DNA from: Octopus bimaculoides
Taxonomy: Eukaryota
Direction: 5' to 3'
Assembly (NCBI RefSeq): GCF_001194135.2
Contig: NC_068985.1
Span: forward strand, 116,447,213-116,490,610
DNA length: 43,398 bases
A program made the translations under genes and the position numbers. The notes under the pieces are model-generated. The model did not search any database and had not been told where the DNA came from. It saw only the letters and a program-made list of their open reading frames with translations. Every line of letters begins with the position of its first letter. The first letter of the stretch is position 1. Below are positions 1 to 12,499 of the stretch, piece after piece.

Positions 1-107
1 ATATATACACATGCATATATGTGTGTATGCATATATTTATGCATTTATATGTATATGTGTGTGTGTAAGTGCGTATCTATAGGTGTAAAACATGTCTGCG
101 TTTGTTC

Positions 108-162
<55 letters not shown>

Positions 163-1124
163 CTGTGTGTGTGTGTGTATGCATGTAAGTATATGCCTGT
201 ATATATGTGTATTTGTGTGTGTGTATGTGTTTCTGTGTATCTATGTATGTACGTAGAGCATAAATTTATATAGAATACAACTAGACAGAAAATTAAGGAA
301 CCCGTGTGTTTCATGTGCATATTAATAAGTAATAGTAGCTCATTGTGTCTCATATTACAACCTACCGTAAACATAATGGCGGGAGCCTTCGTATAATGTA
401 ATACTATAAACGCAATGCTCCTTGGGATGACGTGATGCTCAAAACTATAATATCATTAATCATTGGTCTGCTCAACCGAACCTGACTTCAGACCATAAAA
501 TTAAACAAAAATAACAACACTAAAGCTGCACTTTTCGCAACCGTCTCGGATATTGCTACATGTGGATAAACCAAAGGCATTGGATACGTCCCTACATTTT
601 AACAGGGCTATAGAAATTTGTGTCTCCCAGTGAAATCTGATATTACTGTTAATGCTGATGTGTTTATTGTTTGTGTTCTTTAACCTCCTCCAACCTTGTT
701 TGGGTCAATTGTTAGCCCCATGGACTCCGTTCTTGGATCAAGAAAAACTATTATGTGATTGAGAGGTCATGGATAGAAAACCAGAAATGCCATTCACAAC
801 GACAGAACACAAGGAGAAGACAGTTATCTGTGAAGATGGAGAAATCACCATGTATATACGTACATATATATATATATGTATGTATATTTGTATATATGCA
901 TGTCTGTATGCCAATAAATATGTATGTATTATGTGTGTATGTATTATTTTCTGTCGGTTTTATTTAAATTCTTAAGAGAGTTCAAGCTAGTCGTTAACAA
1001 AGAGACAAGCCTTTTGAGTTAAGACTGTTCCAGGTGTTTATAAATATGTGTTTAAATAGGTGTATTGATTGAACTCTCGATGTTTACAGATAGGTGCGTG
1101 CATCTATTCACATTAGAATCTCCA

Positions 1125-1262
1125 ATGGAGAATATTTGGAATGTCGTACAATTCTTCACTGTGTCACCAATAGATTGGATTTGGAGAATCCACTTCAGTT
1201 TTTGTTGCTCTTTCTTCGTGAAACCGAGTATTTCTAGATTTTTGTGCAAATTTGTTGAATTA
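1125..1262 (-). mobile_element. C-terminal remnant of a non-LTR retrotransposon ORF, probably restriction-like-endonuclease (R2/R4-type) clade; partly duplicated at 1435-1551 by assembly
   Basis: Minus frame reads NSTNLHKNLEILGFTKKEQQKLKWILQIQSIGDTVKNCTTFQIF. This resembles the terminal helix after the REL endonuclease (...NLE.LG....LQ..S..GT.KI...F). The upstream side is cut by a microsatellite and there is no splice acceptor. Recognised by eye only. Confidence 0.4.
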
Positions 1263-1264
1263 CG

Positions 1265-1745
1265 TGTATATGTGTGTATTTATGTATGTATTTATGTATG
1301 TATGCATACATGTATGTATGTATTTATGTATATATGTATACATGCATGCATGTATGTATGTATGTATGTATGCACGCAAGCATGCATGTACTTACGTACG
1401 TACGTACGTACGTATGTATATATGNNNNNNNNNNGTACAATTCTTCACTGTGTCACCAATAGATTGGATTTGGAGAATCCACTTCAGTTTTTGTTGCTCT
1501 TTCTTCGTGAAACCGAGTATTTCTAGATTTTTGTGCAAATTTGTTGAATTACGTGTATATGTGTGTATTTATGTATGTATTTATGTATGTATGCATACAT
1601 GTATGTATGTATTTATGTATATATGTATACATGCATGCATGTATGTATGTATGTATGTATGCACGCAAGCATGCATGTACTTACGTACGTACGTACGTAC
1701 GTATGTATATATGCATGTATGTATGTATGTATGTATGTATATTTT
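1265..1745. repeat. Compound (TATG)n/(TACG)n/(CATG)n microsatellite, present twice
   Basis: Direct reading. Copies lie at about 1265-1424 and 1555-1745. Confidence 0.9.
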
Positions 1746-1839
1746 ATGCTCATGGCTGGAACACCCACGTTCAAAATTCTGCATCAGCAGGCTTGACCTT
1801 GTAAAAGACATCAAGAAATGTTCGTATTTAAACAAATAG

Positions 1840-2960
1840 TACCGGGTTGAACAAATTTTTATTTCGAATTTTCATTGATGAAATTTGGCAAATTGTATCT
1901 CCATATTATATCATTAATTTGCTAGAAGTTGTTGTTCAATCGTTGCTGAATTCTTTATTTTCTATTTTCTTATATAAAATATAAACATCGATTATATATT
2001 CTTTATGTTTTTTATATTTGATAATGAGTAGTAAAAAATAATGCAATTACAGCCATTTTGAGTTATTTGTGGACGAAAGGACTGAGTGCAAATGCAATAG
2101 CACAGTGACGTGAAAGGCCCACGAACAGTCAACGAATGTCTGGCGTGAAACTGGTTCAAGGAAGGTGATATCAATCTGGAAGCCAAACCAAACTCAGGGA
2201 AAACGTCTGCTGTAAAGATGAAACCTTATTTGAAAAGGTTGAAGAGACCAGCACAAGTAATCGTAAATTGTTTCCAGAATTTGGTCCTTCACACGGCACC
2301 GTCAAACGACACCTCTATAAGCTCAGCTTTATGAGCAGGTACTATTGGGAGCTCCTCGGGAACTGACCAATGACCAGGCTCCAGTATGCGTGAAAATTTG
2401 CAAACGAATACTAGCAAAATCCTCCAGATTCCTGCTTTCGGCATCTTATTGTAACTAGGGATGAAGATAGAGCTATTTGTGTGATCGTACTAAAAATCGG
2501 TGACTTCATTCCGGTGAGGGTTTAGAGATTGTTGTCAAACAAGGACGGTATGAAAAGAAGGCCATGTGTGTTTGGCGGAATTTCGAATGGGTATTGCACT
2601 TTGAGCTTCTACCATTTGGTCATGCTGTAAACGTTAACATTTATGCTCAACAAGTGCAACAAGTACATGATGCTTTCGAAACCCACTACCCGGCATTAGT
2701 CAGCTGAAGACAGGCATGTTTATTGCCTGACAATACACCAGCACACGATGCCACTGTAACCAAGCGCAAACTTGAGGAACTCGAGGGGCTGGAATTGGTA
2801 CTTCACTCCGATCGTTTTCCAGATCTGACACTAACATATTACCAATTTTCCCATGCCGGTTCATTTCCTGCAAAGACGGAGGTTGAACAATGAGGACGAT
2901 GTTGAAAACGGCGGCAAGGTATTTTTCGCTTCTAAACTAGTACAATGTTTGAAGTGTGGG
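1840..2960 (+). mobile_element. Decayed mariner (Tc1/mariner DD34D) transposon
   Basis: Frame-shifted pieces translate to WFKEGDINLEAKPNSGK (cf. F.LED.PRSGRP) and IVTRDE (cf. IVTGDE). A longer piece gives KKAMCVWRNFEWVLHFELLPFGHAVNVNIYAQQVQQVHDAFETHYPALVS*RQACLLPDNTPAH...LEELEGLELVLHSDRFPDLTLTYYQF (cf. HDNA.PH, HPPYSPDLAPSDY). Boundaries are approximate. Confidence 0.85.
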
Positions 2961-4953
2961 GTTAGATAGATAAATCGATAGATAGACTGATATATATNNN
3001 NNNNNNNNNNNNNNNNNNNNNNNNNNNNNNNNNNNNNNNNNNNNNNNNNNNNNNNNNNNNNNNNNNNNNNNNNNNNNNNNNNNNNNNNNNNNNNNNNNNN
3101 NNNNNNNNNNNNNNNNNNNNNNNNNNNNNNNNNNNNNNNNNNNNNNNNNNNNNNNNNNNNNNNNNNNNNNNNNNNNNNNNNNNNNNNNNNNNNNNNNNNN
3201 NNNNNNNNNNNNNNNNNNNNNNNNNNNNNNNNNNNNNNNNNNNNNNNNNNNNNNNNNNNNNNNNNNNNNNNNNNNNNNNNNNNNNNNNNNNNNNNNNNNN
3301 NNNNNNNNNNNNNNNNNNNNNNNNNNNNNNNNNNNNNNNNNNNNNNNNNNNNNNNNNNNNNNNNNNNNNNNNNNNNNNNNNNNNNNNNNNNNNNNNNNNN
3401 NNNNNNNNNNNNNNNNNNNNNNNNNNNNNNNNNNNNNNNNNNNNNNNNNNNNNNNNNNNACTTACATACATATATATATATATACACACACACAAACACA
3501 CACACTGGCGTAGGTGTGGATGTGTGGTAAGTGTGGGGTTGGTTTTCTGGCACAACAATAGTAACTGACAATAGAAAGTAATGGATTATATTTTGATGCA
3601 TAAACTCTTTCCGTGTATAATTTGATTAAACTATTAATTAAACCTTAAAACAGGAAAACAACTTTTATTTGACCCTGGAAAATTCTATCGAATTTAAGAC
3701 ATTACGTGCGATAAAAATATTTTTTGTGGTCCTCAAAATAATGAATAACTCACTTACGACACGTACATCATATCTATGAAATACTTCAAACATATGCGTA
3801 CGACATCACGTTTTATGGATGCGGAATAGTTGAAAGAATCTAATCCATTTCTCTAGTGTAGGATGCTTATTTGATCGCCCTGGAGGGATGATAAGCAAAT
3901 GTCGACGTCTAATGGAAACAAATTAAGCAGGTCTCAAACCGCAAAGCATTGTAGTTGGTGTCATATTTACGAAACATTTCGGCACAGCACTTTATGGCGT
4001 CGTCAGTTTGGCGTCCGTGATTCGACGCTAAGCCATTGGACATCAGATGTTTTAAGAGTTCACTCGTTCACTAACAACCTTATTTATTTTATCCTTCCAT
4101 CCTTGTTTATATGTGTGAGCATATTTCTTTATTCGTATGAGATGACAATCGTCTATGTAAATCCATCGCAATTAATAAATTACAATACTTCGATCTCTCT
4201 CTTTCTCTCTCTTTCACTCTTTCTATCTGTATGAGTATATTTCTGGGTGTACGTGTTTATGTGGGCATATGTGTGAGTGCCCATATTGTGTGCCTCCGTT
4301 TGTGTTGTGTGAGTGCGTATGTGTCTGTGTCCGTTTGTGTCATCTGTGTGTGTGTGGGGGGGGGGGGGGNNNNNNNNNNNNNNNNNNNNNNNNNNNNNNN
4401 NNNNNNNNNNNNNNNNNNNNNNNNNNNNNNNNNNNNNNNNNNNNNNNNNNNNNNNNNNNNNNNNNNNNNNNNNNNNNNNNNNNNNNNNNNNNNNNNNNNN
4501 NNNNNNNNNNNNNNNNNNNNNNNNNNNNNNNNNNNNNNNNNNNNNNNNNNNNNNNNNNNNNNNNNNNNNNNNNNNNNNNNNNNNNNNNNNNNNNNNNNNN
4601 NNNNNNNNNNNNNNNNNNNNNNNNNNNNNNNNNNNNNNNNNNNNNNNNNNNNNNNNNNNNNNNNNNNNNNNNNNNNNNNNNNNNNNNNNNNNNNNNNNNN
4701 NNNNNNNNNNNNNNNNNNNNNNNNNNNNNNNNNNNNNNNNNNNNNNNNNNNNNNNNNNNNNNNNNNNNNNNNNNNNNNNNNNNNNNNNNNNNNNNNNNNN
4801 NNNNNNNNNNNNNNNNNNNNNNNNNNNNNNNNNNNNNNNNNNNNNNNNNNNNNNNNNNNNNNNNNNNNNNNNNNNNNNNNNNNNNNNNNNNNNNNNNNNN
4901 NNNNNNNNNNNNNNNNNNNNNNNNNNNNNNNNNNNNNNNNNNNNNNNNNNNNN

Positions 4954-4992
<39 letters not shown>

Positions 4993-5009
4993 TGTGTGTG
5001 TGTGTGTCT

Positions 5010-5500
5010 TTGAATCTGTGTTGGTCTCCCATCTCCATCGCTTTACAATCGGCGTTGCAGTGTTTACGTCTTCATAACTTAGCGGTTCAGCAAAAACAGC
5101 CTAACAGAATGAGTAAAAAAATAAATGAATAACTAAATGTGCTCTTTTAAAGCCTACCCACACTCATGGGCCCGGTTTCCAGGTTTCAATGGCGTATGTT
5201 TTCTCCAGTCCATCGTAGCGGTACTCATTTTTGCCAGCTGAGTGGACTGGAGCAACGTGAAATGAATTGTTTTGCCCAAGAACACAAGGCGTCACCCGGT
5301 CCCGGAATCGAAACCACAATTTTACGATCATGATGCTGATACCTTAACCTCTAAGCCACGCGACTCCACATAACAGAATAAGTACCAGGCTTAAAATAAA
5401 AATAAGAACTTGAGTCAATTCGTTCCACTAAAATTCGTCACAGATGTGTCCTAGTGTGGCTGCAGTCTAATGACTGGAACAAGTAAGAGATAAAAGAGAG
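5010..5500 (+). mobile_element. 3' half of a family A SINE (CORE-like), interrupted by a family C SINE at 5116-5370
   Basis: gtgtttacgtc...taacttagcggttcagcaaaa (5060-5100) continues after the insertion as taacagaataagtaccaggctt...ggctgcagtctaatgactggaacaagtaagagataaaagag. This matches the other family A copies. Confidence 0.75.
5116..5370 (-). mobile_element. tRNA-derived SINE, family C (CORE-like centre, Meta-like 3' part), with 14-bp target-site duplication
   Basis: Minus strand shows a tRNA-like head (tggcttagagg A-box, gtttcgattcc B-box), then tgtgttcttgggcaaaac...gctccagtccactcagctgg, then gctacgatggactgg...atacgccattgaaacc. Flanked by TAACAGAATGAGTA (5102-5115) and TAACAGAATAAGTA (5371-5384). 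Confidence 0.8.
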
Positions 5501-6494
5501 AAACGTATGCTTTTTCCTTAGTAAAACAATACATATATCATTTACGAAAACTATGCATTAGAAATGGTGAAAATTGTTGTAAGTAATATTCAGCACTGAA
5601 AATTATGAGAGGCGTACTTTTAAGGGAATGGTTACAGTCAAGGAGAAATAAAGACGGACCTATAAGTATAAACTTACTATATTGGTGCAGACATGCCTAT
5701 GTAATTAAGAAGGACGGTTTGGTTTCCAACAACGTGATTTTAGGCTCAATCTCATTGCATAGCACCTTGGCACTTTGTGCAAATATCTTCTACCATAGCT
5801 CAGGGTTAACCAATGTCTTGTAAATGAATGTGGAAGACGGAAGAAGTCTGGAAGCCGGTCACACAGACGCACACACACATTCTCACACATAAAACTATAT
5901 ATGTGTGTGTGTGTGTGTGTGTATAATCAAAATAAGCAACAGGATATCAAGAGGTGATGCAGTACGACCATTTCAATTGACTCCGTTTAATTGAACAATG
6001 TAATCATTACATCAATTTAAATGCAGGGCTCTATTCAACTGCATAAATAAAGGCAATTTCTAATCAGTTGGACACATTAATATAATTTTACTCAACTTCT
6101 CGAATAGAGCAAGAAGACGGAAAGTGTCCATGTTGCTACTAATGTAGCTAAGAATATATTACACTTCTAAAAACTGTAAGAAGTTTGTTAGGGTCATAGG
6201 TTGTAAAAGGATTATGGTGTATTTTTAATTTGTTAGTCTCTTTTTATCAACTACTAAATCTAATGCTACAGTACGATGTCTGTTTAGAATTCAGAGCAGG
6301 AGTGAGTTGACAGTTTATCGTTGTGTATGGTCATAAATATTGTCAGGATTTTAGGAATCCCTTGAAGGGATTTTAACTCTTATTTTTAGCAATATAGTTG
6401 CGACCCGTCATTCTCAGTCACAATTAGTCACAATTGAATTTTTCCGTTTTGGTTTTATATTGAGTGTAGCTGCCTTCGTTATTTTACGATATAA

Positions 6495-6905
6495 AGGCGC
6501 AGGTGTCGCTATGTGGTAAGAAGCTTGCTTCTTAATCACATGGTTCGGGGTTCAGTCCCAATGCGTGGCACCTTGGGCAACTGTCTTCTTCTATAGCCTC
6601 GTGCCGACCAAAGCCTTCTGAGCGGATTTGGTAGACAGAAACTGAAAGAAGCCTGTTGTATATACATATATGTGTGTGTGTATGTGTGTGTGTGTCAATG
6701 TGTTTGTGTCTGTGTTTGTCACCCCACCATCGATTGACAACTTATGTTGGTGTGATTACGTCCCTGTAACCTAGCAGTTCAGCAAAAGAGCCCGATAGAA
6801 TAAGTACCAGGCTTACAAAGAATGTGTCCTGGGTTTGATGTGTTCGATGAAAGGCGGTGCTCCAGCATGGCCGCTATCACATGACCGAAACAAGCAAGTA
6901 AAAAC
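6495..6905 (+). mobile_element. Full-length family A SINE (tRNA-like head, CORE-like segment, internal microsatellite)
   Basis: ggcgcagg...tgtggtaag...ggttcagtccc...ggcaccttgggcaa...gaaactgaaagaagcc, then (TA/TG)n, then gatagaataagtaccaggctt...ccagcatggccgc...gaaacaag. Colinear with the copies at 10995, 33178 and 36257. Confidence 0.85.
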
Positions 6906-8044
6906 AAAAATAAATATGCGTGCATATATATAGTTACATGCATATAATCACATATACATGTCTATGTATGCATGTATGTTTGTATTTGTGTATGTTTGCA
7001 TTTATGTATGTATGTTTGTATGTTTGTATGTATGTATGTATGTATGTATGTATGTATGTATGTATTCAGTCTGTTGATCTGTATGAAGACACCATTCACA
7101 CAAACGCGACTCAAAGAATGGCCAACTACAATCTTCAAAGGCAATACTATTGAACGATATTGTTCTGTTGACTTGGATTTCTGAATTCGTTTCTACGTTT
7201 TTGGACCTTTTTTGGTCATGTTAGAAATGTAGAACAATGACGGCTTTAGTATCACAACTAAGTTTGTCTGTTCGTTGTTTCTTTTCTTGTTTTTCTTTTC
7301 TTTTCTTTTTTTTTCTTTTTTTCGCAAAAGCCAGTTTTACCAAAAGAAGAAAAAAAAAATTTCCTTTCTTTAAAAATGTATTTTTGTTTTTTATGTTTTT
7401 CATTTTAATTTTTATTTTTATAATTTTTTTTTTTCATCAGAAAAACCATCAACGCAGATTACAACAATAACAACACAACAAACAAGCAGAAACAACAACG
7501 ACTACAATGACAGCCAGAATGTACTAAAAACATACATAACACTAAAAAAACAACTTAAATACCAATCTGAAACACACTACATGAAAAAATACCGAAACAT
7601 TTCTTTTACAAGCGTTAGCGTTGTGATTTTCCTCATGAATATGCATGATATTATTTTAATCACTCTTCAGTTAAATTTATTTTATTTTATTTTATTTGGT
7701 TCGATGGAGGGTGAGGAATATTCCCTATCCGTCTTATGTTATTTCTTTGTTGATGTTTTTTTTTTCTTTTTGCTTTATTTTTTTTCCATTGTTGTTCATC
7801 TTTTATGATTTGTTTTCATACAATCTATTGAATTTAACTTTCTTTCTTTCTTTCTTTATTGTTTTTGTTTTTGTTCTTTTTTTTTGCTTTTGTATTTCCA
7901 AATTTATTAATTTAGAATTGAAATGAAATTTCCTGTTGCGTGTGCGTATGTTTCTGTGTGCGAGTGTGTGCATGCATGTGTGTGCGTTTATGTGTATGTG
8001 TGTATGTTGTTCCATATTCCTATACTTCCTCCTCTTCCGTTAAT

Positions 8045-8295
8045 TTTACATCATTACCATCATCAACATCATCATCATCATTATCATCATCATCACCATC
8101 ATCACCAACACTACCTCCATCCTGCTCCTCCACCTCATCATCTTCTTCATCATCAACGTATTCACCACCAACACCATCATCAGTATCACCACCACCACCC
8201 CTACCCCCACCATTCGTACTCCCACCACCACCTTCATCATCATGATGTCGTTATAATTAATATGACCATTATTATTATAATTATTATAATCATTA
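8045..8295. repeat. (CAT/CAC)n trinucleotide repeat grading into (ATT)n
   Basis: Direct reading. It is the source of the His-rich and Ser-rich pseudo-ORFs. Confidence 0.85.
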
Positions 8296-8344
8296 CAGTC
8301 GATAGTTGGAAGAAGCTAGCTGAATCTCGGGATTAAGGCCTAGC

Positions 8345-9200
8345 GTTATACATTTCAAAGTTCGTATTTTGCCGAATCGGTAATGCTTTGCAAAATCCAA
8401 GACAGATAAGAAAATCAGGATTTATAAAATGCGGAGAGAGCTTAACTGTCTGGATAAAACACGGAAATGTAATCTACGAAGAACTAACACAAACTCCTTC
8501 AGAGCTGAGCTGAGTCAATTTTATTTCATGGCACAATCACACGAACTAGCATCTTCCATGAAGACAATTCTAAATGTCACGTGTACCAGAATGGACCTAG
8601 ATATTCTAAATAACTAATTACATGATTAACAAAGAATTATACCAAGACATGTGGAGGCACAATGACCCAGTGGTTAGGGCAGCGGACTCGCGGTCGAAGG
8701 ATCGCGGTTCCGATTCCCAGACCGGGCGTTGTGAGTGTTTATTGAACGAAAACACCTAAAGCTCCACGAGACTTTTGCAGGTGGGGGGACCCCTGTTGTA
8801 CTCTTTTGCCGTAACTTTCTCTCACTCTTTCTTCCTGTTTCTTGAGTAACGCTGCGGTGGACTGGCGTCCCGTCCAGCTGCAGGGAACGCATACGGCATA
8901 GAAACCGGTAAGCCTGGCTAGGCTTAGAAAAGGCGACGGATACTAGGACATCCTGTAAATCATAGAGACAATATACAAACTCAATCTGATAATTTTGGTC
9001 ACTGCTGCTGTAACACGTCGAGCTTTTAGCTGAAAATCTTCTGTGGGAGCCTTCTCATGGTAAATGGAGAAGTGTAAGACCAGCAAAATACTACATCAAC
9101 CAATGGCTAGAAGAGACTGGATGTACTATCCAGGAGCTTTCAAACAAAAATGTCATGACTGATAGAGACGAATGCAAGACGCGTGTCAGGAGTACCCAGA
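8345..9200 (+). mobile_element. 3' end of a decayed RTE-clade LINE ORF2, split by a SINE at 8651-8939
   Basis: Left piece: IRIYKMRRELNCLDKTRKCNLRRTNTNSFRA...NVTCTRMDLDILN...INKELYQD. Right piece: NFGHC...NLLWEPSHGKWRSVRPAKYYINQWLEETGCTIQEL...MTDRDECKTRV. These match the RTE C-terminal motifs (LN.L.KIWKSNL, TRML..LN, NKELY, FAGHC, LLW.P.HG...GRP, M.DR..W..RV) in the correct order. Confidence 0.75.
8651..8939 (+). mobile_element. tRNA-derived SINE, family C variant with Meta-like 3' domain; 12-bp target-site duplication
   Basis: Head ggaggcacaatgacccagtggttagggcagcggactc...ggttccgattccc. 3' part gctgcggtggactggcgtcccgtccag...catacggcatagaaaccgg. Flanks ATACCAAGACAT (8639-8650) and ATACTAGGACAT (8940-8951). 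Confidence 0.8.
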
Positions 9201-9249
9201 AATTTTTGATACACTAAGTACCTCATTATATCTTTTATCTTTTTAATTG

Positions 9250-9535
9250 TTGCAATCGTTGGACTGAGGCCATGCTGGGACACCACCTTGCGGAATTCTA
9301 ATCGAACGAATCGACACCAGGGTTGAATTATTTTTTTAAGCCTGGTACTTATTCTGTCGGTCACTTTAGCGAGCCCCTAGGTTACAGGGACATAAACACA
9401 CCAACACCGGCTACAAAATCCACTCACAGGGATGAGGCTGTAGTAGAAGACACTTGACCCAGGTGCTACGCAGTGGTACTGAAACCAGAACCATGTAGTT
9501 AGAAGTAAGCTTCTTATCACACTACCACGCCTGCG
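9250..9535 (-). mobile_element. Family A SINE, internally deleted (no microsatellite)
   Basis: Reverse complement of the family A head and tail, joined at caccggc|tacaaaatccactcac. Confidence 0.8.
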
Positions 9536-10994
9536 ATTATGCACAGGTACATATATATATATATATATATATATANNNNNNNNNNNNNNNNNNNNNNNNN
9601 NNNNNNNNNNNNNNNNNNNNNNNNNNNNNNNNNNNNNNNNNNNNNNNNNNNNNNNNNNNNNNNNNNNNNNNNNNNNNNNNNNNNNNNNNNNNNNNNNNNN
9701 NNNNNNNNNNNNNNNNNNNNNNNNNNNNNNNNNNNNNNNNNNNNNNNNNNNNNNNNNNNNNNNNNNNNNNNNNNNNNNNNNNNNNNNNNNNNNNNNNNNN
9801 NNNNNNNNNNNNNNNNNNNNNNNNNNNNNNNNNNNNNNNNNNNNNNNNNNNNNNNNNNNNNNNNNNNNNNNNNNNNNNNNNNNNNNNNNNNNNNNNNNNN
9901 NNNNNNNNNNNNNNNNNNNNNNNNNNNNNNNNNNNNNNNNNNNNNNNNNNNNNNNNNNNNNNNNNNNNNNNNNNNNNNNNNNNNNNNNNNNNNNNNNNNN
10001 NNNNNNNNNNNNNNNNNNNNNNNNNNNNNNNNNNNNNNNNNNNNNNNNNNNNNNNNNNNNNNNNNNNNNNNNNNNNNNNNNNNNNNNNNNNNNNNNNNNN
10101 NNNNNNNNNNNNNNNNNNNNNNNNNNNNNNNNNNNNNNNNNNNNNNNNNNNNNNNNNNNNNNNNNNNNNNNNNNNNNNNNNNNNNNNNNNNNNNNNNNNN
10201 NNNNNNNNNNNNNNNNNNNNNNNNNNNNNNNNNNNNNNNNNNNNNNNNNNNNNNNNNNNNNNNNNNNNNNNNNNNNNNNNNNNNNNNNNNNNNNNNNNNN
10301 NNNNNNNNNNNNNNNNNNNNNNNNNNNNNNNNNNNNNNNNNNNNNNNNNNNNNNNNNNNNNNNNNNNNNNNNNNNNNNNNNNNNNNNNNNNNNNNNNNNN
10401 NNNNNNNNNNNNNNNNNNNNNNNNNNNNNNNNNNNNNNNNNNNNNNNNNNNNNNNNNNNNNNNNNNNNNNNNNNNNNNNNNNNNNNNNNNNNNNNNNNTA
10501 TATATATATGTATTATTAAAAACACAATACATTTTGAAGGGAGATAAAAAAAAAATTGCTAGTGTTGCAGCTAGCGAGAATGCCAAATGCTTTTCAGCCC
10601 TCCGGAGCTTTTTCAATGTGGCTTACTCGCAGCTACATGCCAAAACGAGATTTATTACCACCGATACATTAAATAATACACGTATGTAGCAAATGAAACA
10701 TTCAATGATATTTCGAAGAGCCTCGAGGCCAAATGAAATTTCGGAGAAAGCAACTGAAGCAGCATTATATTAAAATTACTATTTGTTTATCATTCTTGAC
10801 GTATATACATCATAGATAGGCAAGATAGAGCAGATTTCGTCCGACATATAATCTTTTATATATGTACTGAGTTAAAAATGAAATATATATCGGAGGAGAC
10901 GAAACATCGTTGCCGGAACTCGTTGGATAATGCTGTCCTAGATACACAAGGCGAAATGTTCACATCTAGAATGCATTTGATCAAAGTTCTATAC

Positions 10995-11388
10995 ATAGGT
11001 GCAGGAGTGGCTGTGTTGTAAGCAGCTTGCTTACCATCCACATGGTTCCAGGTTCAGATCCAATGCGTGGCACATTCGGTAAGTGTCTTCTACTGTAGCC
11101 TCGGGCCGACCAAAGCCTTGTGAGTGGATTTGGTAGACGGAAACTGAAAGAAGCCCGTCGTATATATCTATATGTATATATAGGTATGTTTGTGCGTCTG
11201 TTTGCCCCCCCCCCCAACATCGCTTCATAACCTATGCTGGTGTGTTTACGTCCCTGTAACTTAGCGGTTCGGAATAAGAGACCGATAGAATAAGTACTAG
11301 GCTTACAACTGGGTTCGATTTGCTCGACTAAAGGCAGTGCTCCAGCATGGCCACAGTCAAATGACTGAAACAAGTTGAACAGTAAAAC
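10995..11388 (+). mobile_element. Near full-length family A SINE
   Basis: ggtgcaggagtggctgtg...gcctcgggccgaccaaagccttgtgagtggatttggtagacggaaactgaaagaagcccgtcg...ccagcatggccacagtcaaatgactgaaacaag. Confidence 0.88.
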
Positions 11389-11959
11389 ATGGATGGTCTA
11401 ACGTTAAATATAAACGAAAATAATAACAACAACAAAAAGAACGACAACTGGAAATGTTAGTGGAGCCACGGGAAACACATCAATCTGCTAGAAATAACAA
11501 TCATATTACTGTCTAACTATACCTACCATTTTTAATCAAAAAAGGGTTTTAATCAAATTGCCCGGAGCACTGTCTGCATGACGGTAAAATCTATAGCACT
11601 CGCTGCTCGAATGCTTTTCAACGTAAGTCTGCGGTATCAGAGCAGACCAAGGACAGACAAACAACAGAGGTTGTAGTATCATAACCACGACTAACAATTA
11701 TCACCCAAAAGCTTCGGCAAAAACTTTTCAACTATCATAATTATTATCATGTTAACTAACAATTTCTATTTCCAATTTATATCTATCTATAAATAGAATC
11801 AAAAACTCTGTTTTTCTGTTTTTCTCTACGTACAAATGTTCTCACTTATAGGTATGCATACATACAAAATGAATATAAGTTGGTATGTGCATAGATACAT
11901 ACGTCCATGCGTGTATACATATGTACGTATTTCTGTATATATGTATATATATATATATG

Positions 11960-12025
<66 letters not shown>

Positions 12026-12424
12026 TCAATATAGCGTGCATGTGTATATACACCTACATATATGCATGTATATGTGTGTGTATATGTGTGTACCTGCATA
12101 CATATGTACATAAATACACACATACATGCTTCTATATTCATGTCTATACGTGAATGCGCAGATTTGTGTGCACTCTCTCCTGTGCGCACAGATATGCACA
12201 CACACACTTGTCTAAAGGCTAGTATACATCAGTATGCACTAGTATGTGTATATGCTTACACGCATACATATTACATACAGATACCGCTGTATAAATATAC
12301 ATACATACATACATGCATACATACACGTGCATATATAATCACCTATACATACAGACATCAATACGTGTATATTTTCTGCCATTACATTGCATTCAAACCT
12401 TACAAGTGTTCGTCTGTTATTCAC

Positions 12425-12499
12425 CGCTGATGATCGTGACAGGCGCCTGACATTGAAGAATCCAGATTAAGATCAACGCATTCCACAATGTTCTCTTTC
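12425..12499 (-). other. Possible 75-nt exon (unverified)
   Basis: On the minus strand, ...tctgac...cgtttttacag|GAAAGAG...ATCAGCG|gtgaat. Two frames are open, and one gives KRTLWNALILIWILQCQAPVTIIS with phase 1 at both ends. No partner exons were identified. Confidence 0.2.

Noticed and set aside
1052-1262. LEILGFTKKEQQK as a myosin-motor or NACHT exon
   Set aside because: There is no splice acceptor or donor and no neighbouring exons. The downstream LQIQS..TVK.C.TF fits a LINE C-terminus better.
7060-7200. Stretch open in several frames on both strands
   Set aside because: No recognisable motif or splice pair; probably an unclassified repeat.
8651-8730. tRNA gene
   Set aside because: A/B boxes are present but the cloverleaf is broken and the sequence runs into a SINE body. 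It is a SINE head.
10510-10616. KKLRRAEKHLAFSLAATLAIFFLSPF resembling GPCR TM6
   Set aside because: An in-frame stop lies just upstream, there is no usable acceptor, the hydrophobicity comes partly from a T10 run, and no other TM segments are present.
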